DNA of 63,507 nt, counting the filler, from Hausera hauseri (taxonomy: Eukaryota): NCBI GenBank assembly GCA_046269625.1. It is 10 parts of 10 records of this genome, joined end to end, with 100 filler letters (N's around TTAATTAATTAA, not from the genome) between each part and the next. Parts side by side here need not be neighbours in the genome. Positions count along the whole stretch, not along the records: positions 1 to 4,185 come from JBJURY010713437.1; positions 4,286 to 10,932 come from JBJURY010078769.1; 8 more parts are not named here. The stretch is one strand, 5' to 3'. Position numbers and translations under genes: made by a program. The notes below the pieces were generated by a model. It searched no databases. It had not been told where the DNA came from and worked only from the letters and a program-made list of their open reading frames with translations. Shown piece after piece: positions 1 through 11,032 of this stretch (position 1 is the stretch's first letter; every line of letters begins with the position of its first letter).

Positions 1-3000
1 GGGTGAACAGATCTTATAGGGGGGTGAAAAAAATATCAGAAACTAGTTTGTCTGGACCCCACAAAACGATTCCCCTTTCCAGATATTGAGATAGCCGAAA
101 TTTGAGCTCGATTAAACGACGTTAACCCGTGCCGCTCGTCGCTCAAAGTTTGAAACAATCTAGATTTTTTGGCAAAAAAACGAACATATCGAGTCATAAC
201 TTCAGAACGGTAAATATTACAAACACACTTAATATCTCAAAAGAAAGCTAATGTTGTTCATAAAAATGTATATTCTATACATAAATGTTGTTATTTTAAG
301 TCACACCGAGTTACAACAGCCTATAGCCCCAAAACCGTGACCTTGTACCATGTGGAGCCAGTTTGTTAAAATTTAACCATTTCTTACCTGGTGATTACCT
401 GACTGGTTTACAAACGAAAGACCCGTTTAACAGGTACAAAGTAGGAGGGTGAATGTAATTTCTATTTTAGGGATGGTGATTTGACTTCAGTGCAGAGCCG
501 TCCTTTTATTTATTCAGTTTAGTTTCTAAACCGCCTTTGCGCTGGTTAGATCGGACAATTATATAGTGTCTGTGTTATTGTTTGTATAACTATTTTAGTA
601 TTATTGGAAAAGACATTTGAAAACATTTTATTGAAATTGAAATTAATTTTCTATAGGACTCGACTCGGACATGGCATCCACATCAGGTGTACAAAGCCGG
701 ACCAAGGATAAAATATTTCTTGTGGGCCATCCCCGTCACCAGATCACCGGTTGTAAACTACCCTCAAATCGTCAAGTGTTGTGTATTTTATTTTATAATT
801 TACGTATTGTAAAATTAACTGTAAGAGAAGCAGCAAAGCTTGTCATACGAGAAGTGTTCATTTTTTGGGAGAAAGCTCGAATCCCGACTAAACATGACCA
901 AGATGCAATTACTAAGCTGGAAAAACTTCACGCCGAGTGGAGAACTCTTCAAAAAGACCGGAAGAAAACATCGGAAACGGTCAAGAACAAATGTAAAATG
1001 TTTCTTGAAAAGTTGGAGGACGTCTTCGATATTGCTCATCAAGATGCCTTGGCTCTGATGAAATCGGAAGAAGATAAGGCGTTTCTCTTGAAACAGAGGC
1101 AGAAGGGCCGCCCAGGTTCCATGACTGGAGTGGATGTCAAGTTGTCTCGAGCTGAAGAAATGAAGGCGCAAAAGGAACTTGCAAAATTGAACCGACAAAT
1201 CCAAGAAGAAACTCTAGATATTGGTGAGTTTTTTTATTATTATTATTCTACAAAATATATAAATAATAGATAATAGATATTTTTAACAAACTATCTATTG
1301 ATAATTTAAAGTTGGTAATTTAGTTCCTATGTATTATTACTATTCTGCTAGAACATGTTTTTATAGTCTTTTTTTCCTCTTTCTTTGGTTGCTTCTTAGA
1401 AACGGATGATGAAGACAACTTCGAAGAAGGAGAAGAAGAAGACACTGAAGAGGACAGCATTTATCAGGACCATGAGAGCTTGGATGAAATGGACATCCCT
1501 GAAGAAGCTGTAGAAGATCCAGGACCATCTGAGAGCAAGAGGATGAAAGTTTCATTTGCAAGGGGCGTTAAAGAGATTTTAAACATGAAATTGTCCATTT
1601 TGTTAGATCGATGTAAGGTATCCGACAGAAATGCCACGAGAATTCTAATAGCTACTCTAGAAGCACTAAACCTTGATCCTCTTGAGTACAAAGTCTCGAA
1701 AAGTTTATTACATTATAGAAGGCAAATGTTCAGAGAACAGTTTACTAAAGAACTTTTAGGTAAATTAAACATTCCTGAAAAAGAGCCCGTAGTTGTCCAT
1801 TGGGACGGTAAACTTTTACCGGGAGTTTTAAAAAATGAACAATGTGAGCGAATAGCTATCGCTATTTCATATGGCGACAAGGAACAGCTGCTGGCAGTTC
1901 CTGTAACAGCAAACAGCTCTGGAGAGGAGCAAGCCATAGCCGTATATGAATGCCTACATGAATGGGGTCTTCCCAACATCGTCAAGGCGATGTGCTTCGA
2001 CACTACAGCATCCAACACGGGAAGACTCAAAGGAGCTTGCGTCATATTGGAGCAAATGTTAGGAAGAGAATTGTTATACCTACCTTGCCGTCACCATATC
2101 TTGGAAATAATGTTAAGAGGCGTATTCGACACAAAAATGGGATCAACCAGTGGCCCTCATCCAGACATTTTTAAGAGATTCCTCACTGCGTGGCCCAAGA
2201 TAGACAAGGGAAAATACGACACAGGTATCAGTGACAATCTAATACAAAAGCAGGTAACACCTGAAGTAATTGCAAATGTTACTGCTGAATTCGAGACAAA
2301 ATTAACTGAGAGCCACCCCAGAGATGACTACAAGGAGCTATTACAGTTGGTTCTCGTATTTGTTGGATCAATAGACGGCAATGTTGTGGGTTTTAGAACT
2401 CCAGGAGCCATTCATCACGCAAGGTGGATGGCAAAGGCTATTTACTGCTTCAAAATTTTCATTTTCCGTCATCAATTTAAGATGTCTGCAGAAGAAGAAA
2501 CGTCTGTGCGTGCCATTACTGTTTTCCTAGTTAAAATTTATTGTAAAGCTTGGTTCAATGCTCCAAAAGCTCATCTTGCACCAAAGCAGGATTTAGGTAT
2601 TTTGCATAGTCTGTTAGACTATAAAGAATGTGAGAATGACATTGCAGAAATAGCCCTTACCAAATTTTCGAAACATTTGTGGTATTTGAATGCAGAGTTG
2701 GTGGGATTATCTTTTTTTGACCCCACTATTACAGACGATGAAAAGGTGTTAATGGCTAATACATTGCTCAGTAGCACAGATGACCCATCAGAGCACACTA
2801 GGGTTGTAAATCCAAAAGTTATGAATGAAACATTAAAGGAGGTAGTCGATGGAGGTTTGGTAAAGTTAATTAACAAAGAAACGTTTACATTCTTTCACAG
2901 ATTTAATATAAAAACCGATTTTCTACGACAACATCCAAACACCTGGCCACAAAATAATGACTTCCAAGACGGATTGAAAATTGTCAAAACATTAAAAGTA

Positions 3001-3162
3001 GTTAATGACATGGCAGAGCGTGGAGTTAAATTAATCACCGACTTTAACAACCTTCTGACAAAAGATGAAGACCAAAAGCAATATGTCCTGCAAGTTGTAA
3101 GCAAATGCCGAGCATTATATCCTGACGTTTCAAAAACTACTTTATCAAAGGCTCTACAATAG
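1..3162 (+). mobile_element. hAT-superfamily DNA transposon (hATm-like), left part; right TIR not found
   Basis: Contains the transposase gene below; window starts GGGTG, resembling a clipped TAGGGTG-type terminus; no inverted copy of this start seen in the contig. Confidence 0.7.
671..3162 (+). CDS. hAT-type DDE transposase, 2 exons (671-1223, 1400-3162), 771 aa, apparently intact
   Basis: Phase-1 intron 1224-1399 (GTGAGT...TTCTTAG) joins ORF 671 in frame to ORF 1480. Motifs VHWDGK, FDTTASNTG, CRHH (CxxH), HHARWM, NDMAERG. Confidence 0.85.
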
Positions 3163-3393
3163 CCGTGTTTCCAGAATGTTTGACTTTGTTTGACTGCGTT
3201 TGACTCCGTTTCCAGCTGTGTGACTTTACGGGTAATGACGTCAGTTCAGATCGACGGCCAGAGGAAAAACGTCATGAATTTCTCGCCTCCAGAGTTATAC
3301 GTCATATGTTGGCGGTTTGATTGAAAGTTGAGATTTCCGTCAAACCGGGCCTAGGCAGCATACGTCCTTACTTTTGATTAGCCGTGTTTCCAG
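3160..3393 (+). repeat. 15-bp direct repeat TAGCCGTGTTTCCAG (3160-3174, 3379-3393) with TTTGACT subrepeats; possible end of another non-autonomous DNA element
   Basis: Exact repeat read from sequence; the first copy supplies the transposase stop codon. Confidence 0.55.
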
Positions 3394-3604
3394 CTTTTAG
3401 CCAGATTTAAATTTCGATTTGTCACTCTGTGCTAAAAAAAAATTTACCACATTTTTAGCATGGATTTTTTTTCCAAATCGAAGTTGACTGCCAAATCTGT
3501 ATTAAAATTTCGTCTGTTTGTTTACATTGTGAAACAGCTGTTGCGATGGTGTTCGTTGCAAAGGAGGAAGAATTGCTATTTTTATCAAGAAAAGAATTTG
3601 AAAA

Positions 3605-3840
3605 TGGTTAGGCTATATACTGGAGATGCAAAAGAAGAAACACTCGTCCACTGGCCCTAAGGCAAATTTTGACAGGGAAGGTGGGAGGGAGACCTAGGGA
3701 AATCTGAAGATGAGTTGCAGAGAGAGAACTGATAGATGCTGGTAAGATCTAGTGTGAACCTTGCCCAAGATAAATCTAGATGGTGAAAATTCCTTGATAC
3801 CTTATACTTCATTGGGAGCAAAGAGATGAAAAAGAAGACT
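3605..3840 (+). mobile_element. Decayed 3' end of an RTE-like non-LTR retrotransposon
   Basis: Translates GGRP...LAQDKSRW*KFLDTLYFIG, like the RTE ORF C-terminus, followed by a GAA-rich tail. Confidence 0.4.
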
Positions 3841-4185
3841 GTAGTTATATTTGTATGCTTGTGAATGCCGGCTGTGTGACCAGTGAACTAAGTGAATATA
3901 AGATTTGTATGCCCAGAAATTACATTTGTTTTATTTGTATATGCACATATTTTACCACAATGTTGTAACAGTTTAATATGAGACAGATAATCTGTAAAAA
4001 AGATAGATTTTCTCCACTTCCTTCCTGAGCTACTACAACCAAAAACGACCAATCAGAGCCAGGAGGAGGGTCTTACCTCTGTGCTCACATTCTCCCTCTT
4101 GCTGTTTGCTAAGCTACAGCTGGTTCGTCACAACATAACCTGCTACCAATGCTAATGCTAGTTAGCATAGCTACCGATGACGGCA

Positions 4186-4285
4186 NNNNNNNNNNNNNNN
4201 NNNNNNNNNNNNNNNNNNNNNNNNNNNNNTTAATTAATTAANNNNNNNNNNNNNNNNNNNNNNNNNNNNNNNNNNNNNNNNNNNN
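4186..4285. other. Artificial contig linker
   Basis: 44 N + TTAATTAATTAA (stops in all six frames) + 44 N. Confidence 0.97.
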
Positions 4286-5236
4286 ATATGTATTTTGTTC
4301 TCTTCTGCTCTTGTCAAATTTTGTATAGCATTTGTTCCCTGTTCCCTCTATTATGACATCGATTGCATTTTATTTTTATGCAATTTCGTCTTATGTGCCC
4401 TTGTTGACCGCACTTACAGCATACTATGGGTTTTTCTTCCGGGCAATTCCTGTTAATATGTCTTTCTTTCCTGCAACCAAAACATCTTGGTGCTTGTTGG
4501 AAGTTGCATGTCCGACTTGTATGCCCGTATTTCTGACATGACTAGCATTTCATCATCTTCTTTACCTGCGTATTGTGCACTTTGAAATTTCTTCTTTTCT
4601 TACTTGGTTTGTCAAATGTGTGTACCACCATATCTCGATAACTCCGTCGACCCTCTCTAGTGTATTCTCTGATCGTGTTTATTTCTTCCGTCTTTGTTGC
4701 CACTTTGTGGACTTTCCGTATTTTTTCTTTGATCTTTTCGACGCTTTTTGTCATTGTCGTTGATTTCCTTTCTCATTTCTGGATTGTCGCAACAGTGGAT
4801 CTGTCATTTTGTGGCTAAGGATGCCCTTCACCAGCTGTTTGATTTTTGAAGTAGGCGTTCGGTTCTGCCCCATTCATTCTGTAGTCCAATGCCTCACGCA
4901 GATTTCCGCACAGCATTGTGGGTTTGCAAAGGCTTTTCTCAACCGGTTTTGGTAACCTTTCACCTTGTGGCTCACCAAATGATATTTTTCCTGTGCTTCG
5001 TCCGCCAACAGGCACAGGACTGCAGTTTCCCCATTCGCCTCCGATATCTTTATGAAGTCGTAGTATTTCTCGCACTTTCCAATAAAGATTTCCACATTGT
5101 CACCTTTTCGAAAATCTTTTGACATCAATTTCTTCTCGAAACAGTCTCTTGAAGCGTTGGTCGCCATGTTAGTACATTGCGTCTCTACCATCCCAACCTC
5201 AACCTGACTTGATGATTGTAAAATAGAATTATTCAT
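4286..5236 (-). pseudogene. gag: LTR-retrotransposon gag remnant with tandem CCHC zinc knuckles
   Basis: Frameshifted capsid-like ORFs (4874-5236, 4542-4754); minus-strand CFGCRKERHINRNC and CCKCGQQGHIRRNC at ~4380-4490. Confidence 0.75.
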
Positions 5237-5403
5237 AAGAGATTTATTATAAAGGTTCGTATAACAATTATCTAACTTCCTGAGCCTTAAATGAATCTTA
5301 TTTTTCTTTTCTGAATTTGTTGACTTTTTATAGGCTATTTATTGAATTAACCTCGAATTGAATTTAAACGTAAATATGCGTTTAAATTTCTCCTTACATA
5401 AAG

Positions 5404-5760
5404 AAATACACAAATGCAACTCGTTGACAAGACAAATGCAATACGATGGCAATCCAAGTAGCATAATCACGGATTTATGCATGTGAGCAAAGTTTTACCT
5501 TAAGTATTGTTTAAATTAATCAAATTACGTGACAAGTTCATGCATTTGATGCATTAAAACAAATACACAAATGCAACTCGTTGACAAGACAAATGCAATA
5601 CGATGGCAATGCAAGTAGCATAATCACGGATTCATGCATGTGATCAAGGTTTTACTTTGAGTATTGTTTAAAGTAATCAAATTACGTGACGAGTTCATGC
5701 ATTTGATGCATTAAAACAAATGTACAAATGCAGTATGTTGACAAAACAAGTGCAAAATGT
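5404..5760. repeat. Tandem repeat, 157-bp unit, ~2.3 copies
   Basis: AAATACACAAATGCAACTCGTTGACAAG starts at 5404 and 5561; a diverged partial copy starts at 5718. Confidence 0.9.
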
Positions 5761-6029
5761 TGACAACAGTATGCAGTGCCAACTGTACCCTACCATTAAA
5801 ATTTATTTTTTCCTTACAAGTTATTTTTGTTTTACTGCATCAATTATCCAAACTAAAATAAAAATCAACAAAAATAGACAGTGCATGTTGACATGGCTAA
5901 ATATTTCATTATTTCCAAATTCACTTTTAAGAATAGTGAGTTTTATTATTTGTGCTCCTCAAATAATTGGTTTGTTTAGATTTGCAACTTCTATAAATTT
6001 TGCATGGCCCAGAAACACGAGGAGCAGAA

Positions 6030-9000
6030 GCCACAGTGTAATGCAACATTATTTTGGATACCAATACAATAGGACTCAATACTGTGTCCTGCATGTGGGA
6101 TAGTGTGTCGGACCGGTTACGAGGAATATTACAACCAGCATAAACAGCATCTGGATTCGTTCACAAAATTGAAGAAAGAAATATTCAACAGTAATATGCC
6201 AATAACAACAAGTGTCCCAAAAGCAAATCAGATGTGCGGTTCCTATGCTTATTACACATCCAAATCACATAATCCGCAACAGTGTCATGAAACTATGCAG
6301 CGGTATTATGGACACAAATCCAAAAGCATCCAATATTATATATGCCCGGGATGCGAGATTGTATGCGATGCAGATTACATACAGTTTTAATATGATCACA
6401 AACATCATTTGAGTTACTTCGCATCAAAATTAAAGAAGGCCATCTTTAATGATAAACATAATATTGATACATCTGCTTCGCAGTATTATGCCGCTGGATC
6501 TGGTGCAGCAGCTGCGAAGCATATTAAAGAATTGAAACGCGCAGCCGCATCATGCGCAGCAGCACCAGGCACGTCCACATCAGACGCACCGGCTCCATCA
6601 AAAAGCCAATGACAGAGGCCAGTTGATGCTGCAGCATTAAAGAGAAAATGCCACAGATATGTTGTTGAGGTAACTGATCAAACAACCCTCCAAGACTTCC
6701 TCTTATACACAAAAGACGAGGCAAAAGGAATTCTTCAGAACAACGTGGCTGAGCTCAAAGCCATTAAGGAGAATATGGAACTGGAGGATACATGCATCAA
6801 TGTTGATGGCGAAGAATTCAATAGGGCATTCAAGACAAAAAATAGACCCATATTAGAAAACAACTACATAGCAGAATGGATGCAAAAGGCGCACGAAAAA
6901 CTGATCCACGAGGCTGAGGATATCCAGGATAAAAAGAGTGGATGGACTCTGGTAACCATCAAGAGATTGCTTGTGTATGTTCACAAGTACTCTCCCATGC
7001 GGGGTAGTTCATATATTCAGCTCCCTAATTGGATCGCTAATAAAAAGTATGTGTCAATGTCAATAATAACGACAACATATGTTTCATGTATGCCATTGTA
7101 TCAAAACTCGTACAAGATCAACATAATACTTCACGAGTTTGGCTATATAAGGATGTGCATTATAACTATGACTTCCAATGTATTAAGTTCCCGCCATCCA
7201 TAGATGAAGTCAAGGAGTTTAGCCAAATTAACAATATATCCATCAACATCATTGGATTGGATGATGAGGACAAATTCTATCCCTCAGATATGTGATGCTG
7301 AATTGGAAGATCATAGGGATCTGCTCTTACTAGACGATGGGGAAAAGAAACATTATGTTTGGATCAAGAACTTTGAGCGTCTATACAGATTTCAAATTAC
7401 GAAACACACAACAAGAATCGAAATATGCAAACGATGCTTTTCCAATTTCAGCGGTGATGAGGCCGTGAACAAGCTTGCAAAGCACAAGATGTACTGCAAC
7501 AGCAATTATTGTATCAGACCAGATTTTCCCAAGGAGGACTACATTGAATTCAAGGATTTCAAGAAGATTAAGGTCCCAATAGTTATCTATTGCGACTTTG
7601 AGGCTATTCTGCGTCCAGTTCAGAGTTGCAGTCCTAATCCCCAACATAGCAGCACAACGGCATAACAATATCATGAGCTCTCATCATATTGCATGTATGC
7701 CTAAGGACTGGACAGTGAACCATTTCTATTTAGGGATCCAGGCGCAGCAGATCATTTCATAAAACTACTTGAAGGTATGGATCACAAAATTGGAGATATG
7801 CTGCAGCAGCATAAGGATACAATTAGCATGTCGAAGCAGCAAGAAGAAGAATGGCGCAAGGCAACAGCATGTTACTTGTGCTCCAAATCATTCACTAAGG
7901 ATAATTATAAAGTCAGGAATCATTGCCATTTTAAAGGAAAATATGGAGACGCGGCATGAAAGAACTGCAATCTACGTTGCAAAACATGTACAAATGTGTA
8001 TGTACAAATGTAACATAATCTCAGTGGCTATGATTTCCATTTCATTGTTCGGGAACTGGGCAGCACTGAAGAAAACATTGATGTGATGAGACGTACATGG
8101 CGAAGTACATCACCTTTAAGATGCATGTTGGGAAAATCAGGCTTCGCTTCGTAGAGAGTTTTCGTTTCATGTCGTCTTCACTTAACAGTTTAGTGATGAA
8201 CCTCCCTGCAGAAGAACTCAAGGAGACGAAACGGTTCTTTCCCGCGACATTTCGCCTTTTCAACAGGAAAAGCGTGTGTTTCTTTAATTGCATAACATCA
8301 TAATCAACGCTGGATGAAACGTCATTGCCACCCAATAAGTACTTTTACATTATCCTTTCTGATTGTGATATCAGTGATGAGGACTGCCAGCATGCTCAAC
8401 ATGTCAGGAATGCATTCCAGTGCCGAAAATTAGGGGGACAGCGACATATACCTCAAGACGGATGTGTTGCATCTTACGGATGTCTTTGAGAGTTTCAGGG
8501 ATGTTACGATAAACAGCCATGCATTGGATTTAGATGATTTCTTTACGGCTCCAGGGATGAGTTGAGCAGCTATGCTGCCCTATACCTGTATTAGGCTGCA
8601 AATATTAAAGGATTACGATATGATCCTCGTGAGTGCAAAAGGCATTAGATGTGGTATATGCCAGATAATTCACCGGTATAGTGAGGCCAGCAACAAATGT
8701 ATAACCCAGTACGACTCATCCAAGGAATCCTCATATATCATACTTGGATGCCAACAACCTATATGGATGGGCAATGAGCACTCCGTTGCCATATAACAAC
8801 TTCAAGTGGATGGAGCATCCTGAAAACATCCAAATATTGGACCTATATCCCACTGAAGCTACAGGCTACATACTAGAGGTGGATATGGAATATCCGACTT
8901 ATATCCATACAATGCATCAAAAGCCACCTTTCCTCCTTGAGAACAAGCCTCCGCCTTTTGGAAAGCATACAAAGCTGCTGTGCTATGTGAATAATACGGA

Positions 9001-9790
9001 GAGGTATGTAGTCCACTACGTAAATCTACAGCAAGCGGTCAGGAATGGACTCCGCATTATTAAGATCCATTGGCCCCTAAAGTTCATATAGTCCAACTGG
9101 CTGTAGCCATACATAGACCTCAATACCAAGCTGCGGACAAATGCCCAGAACGATTTTGAGAAGGACCCGTTCAAGCTGTACAACAACAGAGTTTTTGGAA
9201 AAAACATGGCGAATGTCCGCCACAGGATCAATATCGAACTAGTCTCTTAGTAGAAGCTTGAAAATAAGCTCATTGCCAAACCTAACTTCCACAACAGCAC
9301 CATATATGCTGAGAACTTGGTCAGCATCCATATGCTGAAAACATCGCTTAAGTTCAACAGGCTCATATATGTGGGGATGGCAATACTAGATCTGTCAAAG
9401 ATCTTGATGTACATATTCTATTATGACATCATGGTCCCCACATTTAAGTCCTTAAAGCTGATGTACATGTATAATGATAGTTTCATCTATTATTTCGATA
9501 CGGAGGACACTTGTGAGGACTTTGTTAAGTTGGCTCAGCACATGGATACGTCGGACTATCCGACGGATCATCCCAACTATTCAATTACCAACAAAAACGT
9601 CCTTGGGAAATTCAAAGACGAGATGAATGGGGCAATCGTCTCGAGATTTGTTGCTCTTAGGTCCAATATGTATGCCCTTGGTATATGCGACCAAGTAAAG
9701 AAGCGGGCTAGAGCGGTTGAAAGGGCGACCTTAGCCAAAAAGATTGGGGACAATTTTTGCAAAACTGGATATTATATTCTTCCCACGTCA
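6030..9790 (+). pseudogene. Protein-primed family-B DNA polymerase (Polinton/adintovirus-type), fragmented
   Basis: Ordered motifs SGW, SYIQLP, HYVWIK, YCDFEA (ExoI), CxxC..HCH (EndoVII-like), HNLSGYD (ExoII), YLKTDV (ExoIII), DANNLYG (A), [10 protein letters not shown] (B), YMYNDS (degenerate C), GKFKDE; many stops and frameshifts. Confidence 0.92.
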
Positions 9791-10089
9791 GTTTGTGATG
9801 ATGTTGCGTCAATTAGGCATCAGTTGCTTGTGCCTTGTTTGTGAAACAATTTATTGCAGGTCTAAAATAGCATATATTGCATGTACTATACTACAAATAC
9901 ACTTACGCAAATACATAATGTAATAAATTAAACATATTATCCACTGGCATTATACACAGCTCCTTTATAATATTTTCAATATTATTATCCACAAATCCCT
10001 CAAAGACAATAAAAAAGTCAACCATTATTTCATGACATTTATTAACGCAACAGCAACGTTTATAACAGTTTTATATACATTGACATCTA

Positions 10090-10932
10090 ATACAGTCCGC
10101 ACAATAACTCCCACATAGAAATGTCAATGGATGTTGATCAACGTCAAAGTCCGGTGCCAAGACAAATGTGAAGAAGGGATACTTCACTTTGAAGTCATCT
10201 ATGGTGATGCCTTTATTCATATCTTTATTCACAAGTCCCATGTTTAGTAATATGGACCGATAATATGCTTCAGTAGAGTCATTAGCTCCAAAGTCTACAA
10301 TATATCAATCCCTAGTGTCAATTGCTCGAGATAGGGTTGTGGAACTAATATTGCAGTGATCAAATGCTGAACAGTATGAGGTGTATTCACCACTGACTTT
10401 AGTACTATTCTGAAATGTCGCCAATACAAATTTTGGTAGACGTTCATCACTAAATAGATTGTCCTTGTATTCTCCATGTGACATATTTAGCTCTTCGTAT
10501 GGGATATATGGCATTTTGACTATCAAGACTATATGTGTGGGCCATTCTCACAAATTTCTGAGCAGGAACACGTCGTATCGGTAATTTAGCTTCCACCGGA
10601 TACATGTTAGGCATAATTTCTGTTTCAGTACCACTCTTTTCATAATTAAAGATAGTTAGACTATCATTCCTATGCATCTCGATTGTTAGATTGTCATTGC
10701 GTATAAGATATTTCAGCTACTGAAGAAAGTCAAAGTTTAATGGCCCACATAATGTCATCGAAGCTGATTTCTGTAACCATTTAGTTCTCTTTGTTGCATC
10801 ACCATATTCCATGCTTTTTGGAAATGACTTTTTAATATCTTTACTCAAATTAAATACAGTCTCAATGATAGCTTTTTGAAAGTAATTATCACTGGTATAT
10901 TCAACGTTTGTATTATTGAGAAATAAGGTCAC
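10090..10932 (-). pseudogene. Polinton/adintovirus double-jelly-roll major capsid protein, C-terminal part
   Basis: NYFQKAIIETVFN, LCGPLNFDFLQ, DNLFSDERLPKFVL, FFTFVLAPD match the Polinton MCP pattern; convergent with pPolB; cut by contig end. Confidence 0.75.
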
Positions 10933-11032
10933 NNNNNNNNNNNNNNNNNNNNNNNNNNNNNNNNNNNNNNNNNNNNTTAATTAATTAANNNNNNNNNNNN
11001 NNNNNNNNNNNNNNNNNNNNNNNNNNNNNNNN
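10933..11032. other. Artificial contig linker
   Basis: 44 N + TTAATTAATTAA + 44 N. Confidence 0.97.

Noticed and set aside
4230-4241. TTAATTAATTAA palindrome recurring nine times
   Set aside because: Always centred in 44+44 N; an artificial six-frame-stop linker, so no cross-contig gene cluster can be inferred
6745-9844. Alternative genetic code or tiny introns explaining the broken ORFs
   Set aside because: All three stop types and frameshifts occur together with substitutions in catalytic motifs, while intact genes in the window read with the standard code; ordinary decay
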